Origin: Chlamydiota bacterium | GTDB lineage: Bacteria > Chlamydiota > Chlamydiia > Chlamydiales > SM23-39 | Reading direction: 5' to 3' | Assembly (NCBI GenBank): GCA_038534095.1 | Contig: JBCAXK010000048.1 | Coordinates: 1 to 10,866 of the forward strand | DNA length: 10,866 nucleotides | Shown here: piece after piece, positions 1 through 7,739 of the stretch | How positions within the stretch are numbered: the first letter of the stretch is position 1 | Layout of the letters: each line of letters starts with the position of its first letter | Notes under the pieces: model-generated | What the model was told of the DNA's origin: nothing | Database searches by the model: none | The model's input: the letters and a program-made list of their open reading frames with translations, nothing else | Translations under genes and position numbers: made by a program

Positions 1-332
1 CTTTGAAATCTAGTGATCGATCTCACGCTTTGGACGAAAAAAATAGCAAAAAACAACTAGAAAACAACGACAATACGGGAGAGGGGAGCCCTCCTTTGAA
101 ATCTAGTGATCGACCTCACGCTTTGGACGAAAAAAATAGCGAAAAACAACTAGAAAACAACGACAATACGGGAGAGGGGAGCCCTCCTTTGAAATCTAGT
201 GATCGATCTCACGCTTTGGACGAAAAAAATAGCAAAAAACAACTAGAAAACAACGACAATACGCGAGAGGGGAGCCCTCCTTTGGTATCTACTGATCGAT
301 CTCACGCTTTTGAAGAAAAAAATAATAAAAAA
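1..332 (+). repeat. 93-bp in-frame tandem repeat, at least 3.5 copies
   Basis: Units start at 1, 94, 187 and 280. Copy 2 differs from copy 1 at 2 positions and copy 3 at 1 position; copy 4 is partial and degenerate. The array probably continues upstream of the window. Confidence 0.95.
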
Positions 333-512
333 GAGGAAAATTCTCTTGGGTCCTTTTTTTCTAACAATTTTATAGAAAATCCGAGTGCGAAGCAGAAATC
401 TTTACAAAAAGCTGCATTTAGGAGGCTCTTAGAGCAGGTCGTAAGCAATTCTGGAGATAACCAAAACCAGGCAGCACCTCAAGGAGAGGGAGCTCCTCCT
501 CTTGTTCCCTAG
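3..512 (+). CDS. 3' part of a low-complexity tandem-repeat protein (5'-truncated by window edge), possible effector or surface protein
   Basis: The frame is open from the window edge, so the TTG at 3 is an internal Leu codon. It has 3.5 copies of a 31-aa unit (LKSSDRSHALDEKNSKKQLENNDNTGEGSPP), is hydrophilic and probably disordered, and ends at TAG 510-512. Confidence 0.75.
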   Translation: MKSSDRSHALDEKNSKKQLENNDNTGEGSPPLKSSDRPHALDEKNSEKQLENNDNTGEGSPPLKSSDRSHALDEKNSKKQLENNDNTREGSPPLVSTDRSHAFEEKNNKKEENSLGSFFSNNFIENPSAKQKSLQKAAFRRLLEQVVSNSGDNQNQAAPQGEGAPPLVP

Positions 513-639
513 GGTTCTCGAGGAGATAGCGGTCCTGATAAGGTAGATGAATATACGGATCCCTTCCCAGCAAGCGTATACACCGGCCTTTTATGATTTG
601 TAATCATTTTTAGACATAGGGCCTTATAGCTAAAGGTTG

Positions 640-1650
640 ATGCTTTTGATAAGACTTTCACGAATTATTTTGTCAATTCGCTCTTGTATGCAAAAGGAAA
701 AAAGCTGGCTCCATCCGCTGCTTTTTATTTGCAGCCGCTTTTATTTAGCCGGGGCCTTTTTCCGGAAACGGCTTTATACACATCTTTTTTCTCCATTTCG
801 CTCTTCTGCTTTTGTGATTAGTGTGGGGAGCCCCGTTGCTGGTGGGAGTGGCAAAACGCCCATTGTGCTTTGGCTTTTACAACATATTGGTTCTGAAAAA
901 TGTGCGGTGATCACTAGAGGATACCGTAGTAAAGGAGAGAAGGCCAAGCGTCCTTTGATTGTGGAAGAGCACAACCCTGATCAATTTGGAGATGAAGCGG
1001 TCCTCATCAAAAAGAAAGCTCCCCACGCGATGGTGATTGTGGGGAAAAAGCGGAGTAGAAGCTTACGTATTGCCGAAAAGCGGAAGAAAATTGCTATTCT
1101 AGATGATGGCATGCAACATTGGCCAGTAGATAGAGACGTAGAAATTGTCACTGTAAAAGAGGAGGACCTTCAACCTCCAGAAAGGTATCTTCCTCGAGGG
1201 TTCCTTCGGGAACCTTTCACCTCTTTTGCAAGGGCTGATTTAGTATTTTTTGAGGGGAAAGAGACAAAGCCGATCAAAAAATACACAAAAGCGCCTATTG
1301 TTCACATTGAAAGGGTATTGGAAGAGCCTCTTCTTTCTGATGGTTCTTTATGCGAGATAAGAAGAGGGAGCCTTTTTTGCGCGATTGCCCGCCCTGAATC
1401 GTTTTTAGCATCGGTAAAAAAGCTTGGATTTTCCGTAGTGTATCACCAGTTTTTTGCAGATCATGACCCTTTTTCTAAGAGTCAGATAGAAAATCTTTGG
1501 AAAGAAAATACAAAGCATGGTGGTCATGTCCTTTTTTGCACAGAAAAAGATTGGGTGAAAGTACCAAAAATCGAAGGTATTCCTATTGCTTATTTCCCTT
1601 TAAGCTTACGAGTAATCAAGGGAATAGAGCACGTTAATAAATTTATTTAA
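640..1650 (+). CDS. lpxK: Tetraacyldisaccharide 4'-kinase (lipid A biosynthesis)
   Basis: Motifs VISVGSPVAGGSGKTP (P-loop), TRGY, GDEA, ILDDGMQH, LPRGFLREP, FADH and CTEKD. The start is ambiguous (TTG 637, ATG 640 or ATG 688). Confidence 0.95.
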   Translation: MLLIRLSRIILSIRSCMQKEKSWLHPLLFICSRFYLAGAFFRKRLYTHLFSPFRSSAFVISVGSPVAGGSGKTPIVLWLLQHIGSEKCAVITRGYRSKGEKAKRPLIVEEHNPDQFGDEAVLIKKKAPHAMVIVGKKRSRSLRIAEKRKKIAILDDGMQHWPVDRDVEIVTVKEEDLQPPERYLPRGFLREPFTSFARADLVFFEGKETKPIKKYTKAPIVHIERVLEEPLLSDGSLCEIRRGSLFCAIARPESFLASVKKLGFSVVYHQFFADHDPFSKSQIENLWKENTKHGGHVLFCTEKDWVKVPKIEGIPIAYFPLSLRVIKGIEHVNKFI

Positions 1651-1742
1651 AATCTAAAAAATTTATTAAAAATATAAATACAATATTATTAATAATAAAA
1701 AAAATGTTATTTTATATAATATATTATTAATTAAGATTTATA
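1651..1742 (+). promoter_or_regulatory. Extremely AT-rich spacer, probable promoter region of the USP effector gene
   Basis: Only 4 G/C in 92 nt; TATAAT at 1715-1720; no clear -35 box and no Shine-Dalgarno before ATG 1743. Confidence 0.5.
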
Positions 1743-3746
1743 ATGAGTATTTTAAAATCCATTGATCCGCCTAATAGGTGGTCTGATCCCTTGTATTATC
1801 TTCCAGGCATTAGCGGAATTGTTGCCATCATTGATACGGTACAAGATGTTGCTTTGAGATTCTTTGCGTGCTGCGTTCCTGTTACAGAGGCTGCTTTGGA
1901 GGTAGATGGATCTCCTATAGAACAATCGGCGCAAGGCAAGAATAATCCGTCTCTACGAAATACGATAGAAAAGCGCGCTCTTGCTTTATTGCCTGGGATT
2001 GGTAACCTTCTGATTTATCTCTATTATACTCCATGTAGCTTACATCCTCGAAACCAGCCATCTACTGCTCTAGAAATCGATAGGCTAGAACGTGGGGAGG
2101 TGCGAAGTCAGGAAGAGGCATTCGCAGATCCTAAAAAGGGGCAACTCCTCAAACGCACCTCATTGAGGAGAGCGCCTTCTCCTCTGCCGTTTTGTGCACT
2201 TAAGAAAAATCAACATGCTCAAAAAGATCCGGTTCTAGATCATAAAACAAGTCTGATATCCAGTAAAAATCTGTGTTCACCTGCGCCAATGACTCCTGCT
2301 ATTGGGAAGATGCAAAAAGCATGGATAGGGACGCAAGATCAGGGAAAAAAGATCCAAAAGAGCGCGCCGTCTAAGATTGCTCAGCAAGATCCGCTTCCAT
2401 CTTTCCCCTCTCATCAAAAAAAGGGCGTTCTTCACCCCCTTACTAGGGAACAGCAAATGGGGAAGATTCGGCCAAAAAGGAGATCCTCTTGTTTAAAAAT
2501 TATGGCGCAGTTTGATGCCAATGACAGAGCTTTTCTTCAGAAGACTATGGGGAAAATAGCTAACTCCAAAGTGATTAAAAATCAGCCTCTCTTACAATCT
2601 GATTCGGAAAAGCCTAACCCAAAAATAGACCCGATCGAGCAAGATTTTGGCCCTCTTTCGCAAGGCAATGAGGCAAGTGTACCAGTAACATCCAGGGTCA
2701 CTACGTTCATCAGAAATCCTGGTCACCAAACGTGCTGGGCTCTTACTGCTCTACACATAGGCATGTTTACAGACCCCTACCTCGCCCAGGAAATAAAGAC
2801 GTTTCTTGAACAAGCCCATGAACAATCACGAGATCATTCGCGGATAGCTGCTCTCGCGAAAATCATTACTAAGTATGAACAGCACGTGGGGGGATCGATC
2901 GATATTGCAGAAGAACTACAAACTGTGTTTGCGGACCTTGTGCAAATTTATGATCAAAACGGCGTATCAGAAACGCGGAAAGATCAAATCCTCACAACGC
3001 AGCTATCGACAGCAGAAATGCTACAGGGGCTGTTTTCTCTCTTTGAGAGAAATCACATCAATATAGAACACCTAAAAACAAGTCATACCTATCTCATGAA
3101 CGACGGCGTGGCAACCAATCCTAGTGATTTTACGGTCATCCCGATCAACTTGATCAAACAAAAGCATCAACCACCCGAAGCGCCTTTATCGATAGAAACC
3201 TTGATCGATGAGCAGCTTGCTTTTACAACGCTGCCAGATACGCTCCATTTTAGAATGGTGAGAGAATACCCAGAAGATCAACACTCTGTGGAAGTGCAGC
3301 CTCGACCAGAAAAGAGCTACTCACTCACTGCTCTAAAGAGAACAAGTGAGGGAGACAAAGGATCAAAAAAGAGCAAAGAGCCGCGCGTATTTGTGAAAAA
3401 GTATGTTCCCAATCCCATCTTTTTCCCATCAAATGACGGAGCGATCGGCATCTCTTCGAAGGAGATCTCTAAAAGAGCTACTGACGGGCAAATGGAAGTT
3501 GCTTGCTATCATAAGCCTAAATCTTATGAGCTACAAGCCTTTGCGATACACGGCAATATTCATGGTGATGCTCAAACAACCATAGGACCTTTGACCTCTT
3601 GCCACTACGTTTCTTGCGTAAAAAAAGGCTCGCAGTGGTTTTTCATCAATGATGATGTCGCTACGCCCATCTCAGATGAAGAAGCAATGAGACGATTCAG
3701 AAGATGCGCAACAGCTACGTTCAAAAAAGTAAAAAACGCATTGTAA
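1743..3746 (+). CDS. Putative secreted effector: N-terminal hydrophobic anchor plus USP-family (peptidase C19-like) deubiquitinase domain
   Basis: Cys box FIRNPGHQTCW (C331, nt 2733); QQDAxEFL-like box QLSTAEML; LPDTLHFRMVR (LPxxLxIxLKR-like); His box YELQAFAIHG...CHYVSCVKKGSQWFFINDDV (H621, N636, D637). The N-terminus has two hydrophobic segments, YYLPGISGIVAII and RALALLPGIGNLLIYLYY. Confidence 0.85.
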   Translation: MSILKSIDPPNRWSDPLYYLPGISGIVAIIDTVQDVALRFFACCVPVTEAALEVDGSPIEQSAQGKNNPSLRNTIEKRALALLPGIGNLLIYLYYTPCSLHPRNQPSTALEIDRLERGEVRSQEEAFADPKKGQLLKRTSLRRAPSPLPFCALKKNQHAQKDPVLDHKTSLISSKNLCSPAPMTPAIGKMQKAWIGTQDQGKKIQKSAPSKIAQQDPLPSFPSHQKKGVLHPLTREQQMGKIRPKRRSSCLKIMAQFDANDRAFLQKTMGKIANSKVIKNQPLLQSDSEKPNPKIDPIEQDFGPLSQGNEASVPVTSRVTTFIRNPGHQTCWALTALHIGMFTDPYLAQEIKTFLEQAHEQSRDHSRIAALAKIITKYEQHVGGSIDIAEELQTVFADLVQIYDQNGVSETRKDQILTTQLSTAEMLQGLFSLFERNHINIEHLKTSHTYLMNDGVATNPSDFTVIPINLIKQKHQPPEAPLSIETLIDEQLAFTTLPDTLHFRMVREYPEDQHSVEVQPRPEKSYSLTALKRTSEGDKGSKKSKEPRVFVKKYVPNPIFFPSNDGAIGISSKEISKRATDGQMEVACYHKPKSYELQAFAIHGNIHGDAQTTIGPLTSCHYVSCVKKGSQWFFINDDVATPISDEEAMRRFRRCATATFKKVKNAL

Positions 3747-3918
3747 GCTAGAAAACGATTCAAGTGCAGAGCTCTTTGATAGGAAGGTTCTCCCTATTTT
3801 TGATGATTTCTAGACCTTGAGAGGGAGGAAACACATGGGGCTTGCGGCTGAAGGAATAAACGGCCTTTCTAATATCCTGTGATCGATGAGCTCTTTGTGA
3901 GAGAAACAGCTAGAGCTC

Positions 3919-4674
3919 TTATTTTTTTAAGATGATGCAAAGGCTATCGTAAAAATGCATGGAATCGATATGCGCTTTCGTATACGAAAGGGAAGCTTTT
4001 AGCTCGGGAGACAGTTTCCTGTGGTCAGCGATACCTGTTCTTGCTCCCACAAAATTGAGATCGTGAATCAATCCTTGTAAAAATGTGATGGCAGACTTTT
4101 CTCCTGGAATCGGAGATTCGGCAGATCCTGCGTCAGATCCTCCGTAATTTTTCCAGTAGGAGGTGTGCAAATCTTCGATGATGTACATGCCGCCACTTTT
4201 CACGTGGGGAAATAATTCAAGAAAACTGGTGATCTGCTGATTGGCAACATGTCCGCCGTCATCGATGATGATGTTGAAATCACCGCCCGAGTCTTTCATC
4301 ACCTTGCGCAAATCGAGCGCATTTGCTTGATCGGCTAAGTGGTAGGTAGAACGGGTAGAAAAATAGTCTATCCGGTCAAAACTACTATCTATGAAATGGA
4401 GGGTGCCTTTTGGGAAATAACGTTCCCAAAACTGGACACTTTGACCGTGCAAAATGCCGATTTCTAAGAATTTGATTGGCTGATTGCGCAAAGAAGCAAA
4501 GTATTTGGAGTAGACCCTCATGTAATCATGATATAGGGAACTTTTTGCCGTTCCTGCTTCTACAGCAAGCTGGTCCATAAAGGTGTATTCAGAAAGAGCA
4601 GAAGGGGATCTAGGGTTTAAGTAAGAGTAACCAAAAAGACAGAGAGAGCTTAAGAAAAAGTATTTTGCAATCAT
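3919..4674 (-). CDS. Class I SAM-dependent O-methyltransferase, MycE/TylE-like sugar methyltransferase family
   Basis: Motifs GTAK...HDY..VY..YF, FLEIGILHGQS..FW..YFP, DQA, FNIIIDDGGH and GGMYIIEDLHTSYW; short hydrophobic N-terminus. Confidence 0.85.
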   Translation of the reverse strand: MIAKYFFLSSLCLFGYSYLNPRSPSALSEYTFMDQLAVEAGTAKSSLYHDYMRVYSKYFASLRNQPIKFLEIGILHGQSVQFWERYFPKGTLHFIDSSFDRIDYFSTRSTYHLADQANALDLRKVMKDSGGDFNIIIDDGGHVANQQITSFLELFPHVKSGGMYIIEDLHTSYWKNYGGSDAGSAESPIPGEKSAITFLQGLIHDLNFVGARTGIADHRKLSPELKASLSYTKAHIDSMHFYDSLCIILKK

Positions 4675-5006
4675 AAGAACGGGCTAAAAATTTTTTAAAA
4701 AGCATACTAGCTCTGGCACCAGCATTTTTCAAGAAAATATTGCATGCAAAATGGGTTATCAAGATCGAGACCTCTTTTTTTGCTGACTAAAAAAGCCCCT
4801 CGATGGATAAAAGGAAAACAACAAGCAAGTATAGGGGGGTAAAATCGCAGGAGTTTCAGGCAATTTAGGGATGGCGAGCTGTGCTACTTTTAGGAAGATG
4901 GCATAGGGGCGCTTTATTGCAACCGTTTTGAAGAGTATAGAGGAGCTTGCAAGATCGCCAAGAAAGAGCCTTTATGGAAATTCCAGCTCTTCATAAAATG
5001 GATTTG

Positions 5007-6125
5007 ATGAACGAAAATATTGAATCCCTATCTATCTGTCTTCCAAAAATAGGAGAAAGCATCACCGAAGGTACGGTGGTTGCTTGGCTCAAGAAAGTGG
5101 GAGATCTTGTTGAAAAAGATGAGCCTTTAGTAGAAATTGCGACCGATAAAATCAATACAGAAATCCCGTCGCCAGCTAAGGGTTTTTTAGAGGAGATCAT
5201 CGCTCCCGTAAACGGGCGGGTGGAAGTGGGTAAACCTCTTTGTCTCCTTCGACAAGAAGCGTTATTGCAAGAAGAAACGCCCTTCTTTAGCCCGGCTGTG
5301 CTGCGTATAGCGCAAGAACATCAGATCAGTATGAGCGACTTAGAATCGATTCCTAGAAAGGGTCAGAGGCTGAGTAAAAAGGATCTAGAGCAGCACTTAA
5401 GCGCTTATCAAGAGGAAAAAATTGTGCAAGAGGGGGATAAAAAAATTCCCATGACCCCCCTTCGTAAAACGATTGCCGAGAATATGGTCCGCTCATTTTA
5501 CGAAGCTCCCCAAGCATCTTTAGTGATCGAAGTGGATGTAACACCAATTTTACAAATCGTAGAGAGAGAAAAAGAAGCATTTTTTCAAGAACATCAGACC
5601 AAACTCACCATCACCCCGTTTTTTGCCAAAGCGCTGATTGCAGCCGTAAAGACGTATCCGCTGATGAACGCTTCTGTGGAAGGGGATACGGTGATCATGA
5701 AAGAATCTGTGAACCTTGGGATCGCCGTTAGTGTGGAAGAGGGAATCTTTGTGCCGATCATCAAACAGGCAAGTGCTCTATCTTTTGTTGCCCTATCTAG
5801 AGAAATTGCTTTACTCGTAAAAAAAACAAGGCAGCGTGCATTGTCTGCAGATGAAACAGAAAATGGTTCGATCACATTGACGAATTTTGGGATGGGAGAG
5901 GTCCAGATTGGGATTCCTATCCTCCGTTATAAAGAGGCTGCGATTCTAGGAATTGGAGCCATAGAAAAAAAAGTCGCTGTTTTAGAGAACAATTCTTTTG
6001 GCATTCGATCGAAAGTCCATGTATCTTTAACTTTTGATCACCGGATAATTGATGGTATGTATGGGTGTAAGTTTTTGCAAGAAATCAAACAACAACTCGG
6101 AAGCGCAGATAGGTGGCTTTCGTGA
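5007..6125 (+). CDS. sucB: Dihydrolipoamide acyltransferase, E2 of a 2-oxoacid dehydrogenase (chlamydial sucB_2 type, likely branched-chain E2)
   Basis: Lipoyl domain LPKIGESITEG...EIATDKINTEIPSP, subunit-binding FSPAVLRIA, and catalytic TFDHRIIDG. ATG 5007 was chosen as the start nearest the lipoyl domain; ATG 4974 or 4998 are also possible. Substrate specificity is inferred from position next to kdsD. Confidence 0.9.
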   Translation: MNENIESLSICLPKIGESITEGTVVAWLKKVGDLVEKDEPLVEIATDKINTEIPSPAKGFLEEIIAPVNGRVEVGKPLCLLRQEALLQEETPFFSPAVLRIAQEHQISMSDLESIPRKGQRLSKKDLEQHLSAYQEEKIVQEGDKKIPMTPLRKTIAENMVRSFYEAPQASLVIEVDVTPILQIVEREKEAFFQEHQTKLTITPFFAKALIAAVKTYPLMNASVEGDTVIMKESVNLGIAVSVEEGIFVPIIKQASALSFVALSREIALLVKKTRQRALSADETENGSITLTNFGMGEVQIGIPILRYKEAAILGIGAIEKKVAVLENNSFGIRSKVHVSLTFDHRIIDGMYGCKFLQEIKQQLGSADRWLS

Positions 6126-6126
6126 G

Positions 6127-7080
6127 ATGATTGGGACGCTGTTACAACACCAAAAGCAGTACATCGATCAATTTTTTGATCAGATCGATCTGGATCAAGC
6201 AGCAGAAATTTTAGCAAAGTTGTACAACACAAAAGGAACGCTTGTTTTTACAGGCGTAGGGAAAAGTGGAATCATTGCAAACAAACTCGCAATGACCTTT
6301 CTATCTACTGGTACAAAAGCGCTTTATTTGCCCTCAACCGATGCTATGCACGGCGACTTGGGCCTTTTGGATCAAGATGACGTATTGATCTTGCTGAGCA
6401 AAAGCGGTAATACCGAAGAGCTCATTCGTCTGTTGCCATTTGCTAAGAATAAGAAAGTATGGACGATTGCTCTTGTGTCGAATCGGAGCGGAAAACTGTA
6501 TGAGCAGTGCGATCTTTCTGCCTATCTACCCGTAGAGAAAGAGCTGTGCCCTTTTGATTTGGCCCCAACTACTTCTACAGAGGTGCAGCTCATGTATGGG
6601 CACCTCTTAGCTGTTGCGATGATGAAAAAAAAGAAGTTCACTCGGGGCGATTTTGCAAAAAACCATCCCGCGGGCTCGATTGGGAAAAAGCTTTCACTGA
6701 CTGTAGAAGATGTGATGCGCAAAGGGGAAGAGCTCCCTTTGTGCTCTTTTGGAGAAAAGTTGCTTCATCTTCTATGTCGCTTATCTGAGAAAAAATCGGG
6801 TTGCCTGTTCATCACCAACGAACGTAGAGAGCTTTTGGGCATTTTTACCGATGGAGATCTGCGAAGAACCGTCGAGATGTTTGGTCATCAAGCTCTTGAA
6901 AAGCCGATTGAAGAGGTAATGACTACATCGCCCCGCTTCACTACCAAAGCGGTGCTCGCGGTAAGCGCTTTGCAGAAAATGGAGGAAAAAGTCGATGGCG
7001 GGATTACTGTGATGCCTGTTCTTGAAGAGGGGAGGCTCATCGGCATGGTCCGGCTTCACGACATTTTACAAGCTCTTTGA
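6127..7080 (+). CDS. kdsD: Arabinose-5-phosphate isomerase, KdsD/KpsF/GutQ family (SIS plus CBS domains)
   Basis: Motifs TGVGKSG, AMHGDLG, SKSGNTEE, ELCPFDLAPTTST, NHPAGSIG and GIFTDGDLRR. ATG 6127 lies 1 nt after the E2 stop, suggesting translational coupling; the ORF-track start at 6049 overlaps E2. Confidence 0.95.
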   Translation: MIGTLLQHQKQYIDQFFDQIDLDQAAEILAKLYNTKGTLVFTGVGKSGIIANKLAMTFLSTGTKALYLPSTDAMHGDLGLLDQDDVLILLSKSGNTEELIRLLPFAKNKKVWTIALVSNRSGKLYEQCDLSAYLPVEKELCPFDLAPTTSTEVQLMYGHLLAVAMMKKKKFTRGDFAKNHPAGSIGKKLSLTVEDVMRKGEELPLCSFGEKLLHLLCRLSEKKSGCLFITNERRELLGIFTDGDLRRTVEMFGHQALEKPIEEVMTTSPRFTTKAVLAVSALQKMEEKVDGGITVMPVLEEGRLIGMVRLHDILQAL

Positions 7081-7638
7081 CTTTTTTGAGGGGAGCTTTG
7101 TAGAAAGGAGCTCCTTGATTGGTGGGTATGGCTCGATTTCTTGGAGGGTTTTTTCATAAAAATAGGGGAAAAATAGATCGCATCCATAGGCCTTTGAACG
7201 CTTTTGAAAGGCTTTTAACGAAAAATCGGGATGATGCATCACAAGGTGTTCCTGAAAAGGGACCGACAGAAGGATTGCGATTCCATACCTCGAGCCCTTC
7301 TCTTCATAAGTGATCTTTCCGATCACATTGATTGGCAAGCTAAGAACGTGTCTTCCTTGAAGTTTGTAGGTGAGCATTTTCTCAGAAAAAATGAGTTCAT
7401 CACACCGTTTTTTCGAAGAAGAAAGGGCGTAATACCGATAGGCATACCATCCTGTGAGTAGAAGGGTTATCGCTCCGATGCCCATTGCGATGAAGCCAAG
7501 TTCCCTTTTAAGTAGCATTTGTCCGATGACTAAACTACCCAACAATAGAGAGGCTCCTAGAGCGCAAGCTAAGCACATCGCTCGAAACAGCCGTTTTCTT
7601 AAGATAGGATGGGGCTTTGTTTGGATCGTTACATGCAT
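7066..7638 (-). CDS. Hypothetical membrane protein (two N-terminal transmembrane helices and a soluble C-terminal domain)
   Basis: 190-aa ORF filling the gap, with hydrophobic segments AMCLACALGASLLLGSLVIG and LGFIAMGIGAITLLLTGWYAY. Its 3' end overlaps kdsD convergently by 15 nt. Confidence 0.75.
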   Translation of the reverse strand: MHVTIQTKPHPILRKRLFRAMCLACALGASLLLGSLVIGQMLLKRELGFIAMGIGAITLLLTGWYAYRYYALSSSKKRCDELIFSEKMLTYKLQGRHVLSLPINVIGKITYEEKGSRYGIAILLSVPFQEHLVMHHPDFSLKAFQKRSKAYGCDLFFPYFYEKTLQEIEPYPPIKELLSTKLPSKKSKSL

Positions 7639-7640
7639 AT

Positions 7641-7668
7641 TTGCAATATAACAAAGTTGTTGTAGATT
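7641..7668 (+). promoter_or_regulatory. Possible sigma66/sigma70-type promoter for nhaD
   Basis: TTGCAA (7641-7646), 16-nt spacer, TAGATT (7663-7668); same hexamers as the rRNA promoter candidate. Confidence 0.35.
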
Positions 7669-7739
7669 GGGTAAAATTTTCTGTAAAACGTGCGTTAAAA
7701 AAAACAGTTGCGTAGTCTGCAGATAAAAAGGGGGAAAGT

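Noticed and set aside
1..332. Repeats as a CRISPR array
   Set aside because: The units are contiguous with no unique spacers, and the 93-bp period keeps a reading frame.
3769..3920. Three copies of GAGCTCTT between the USP and methyltransferase genes
   Set aside because: They are short and irregularly spaced, and GAGCT-type words are common throughout the window.
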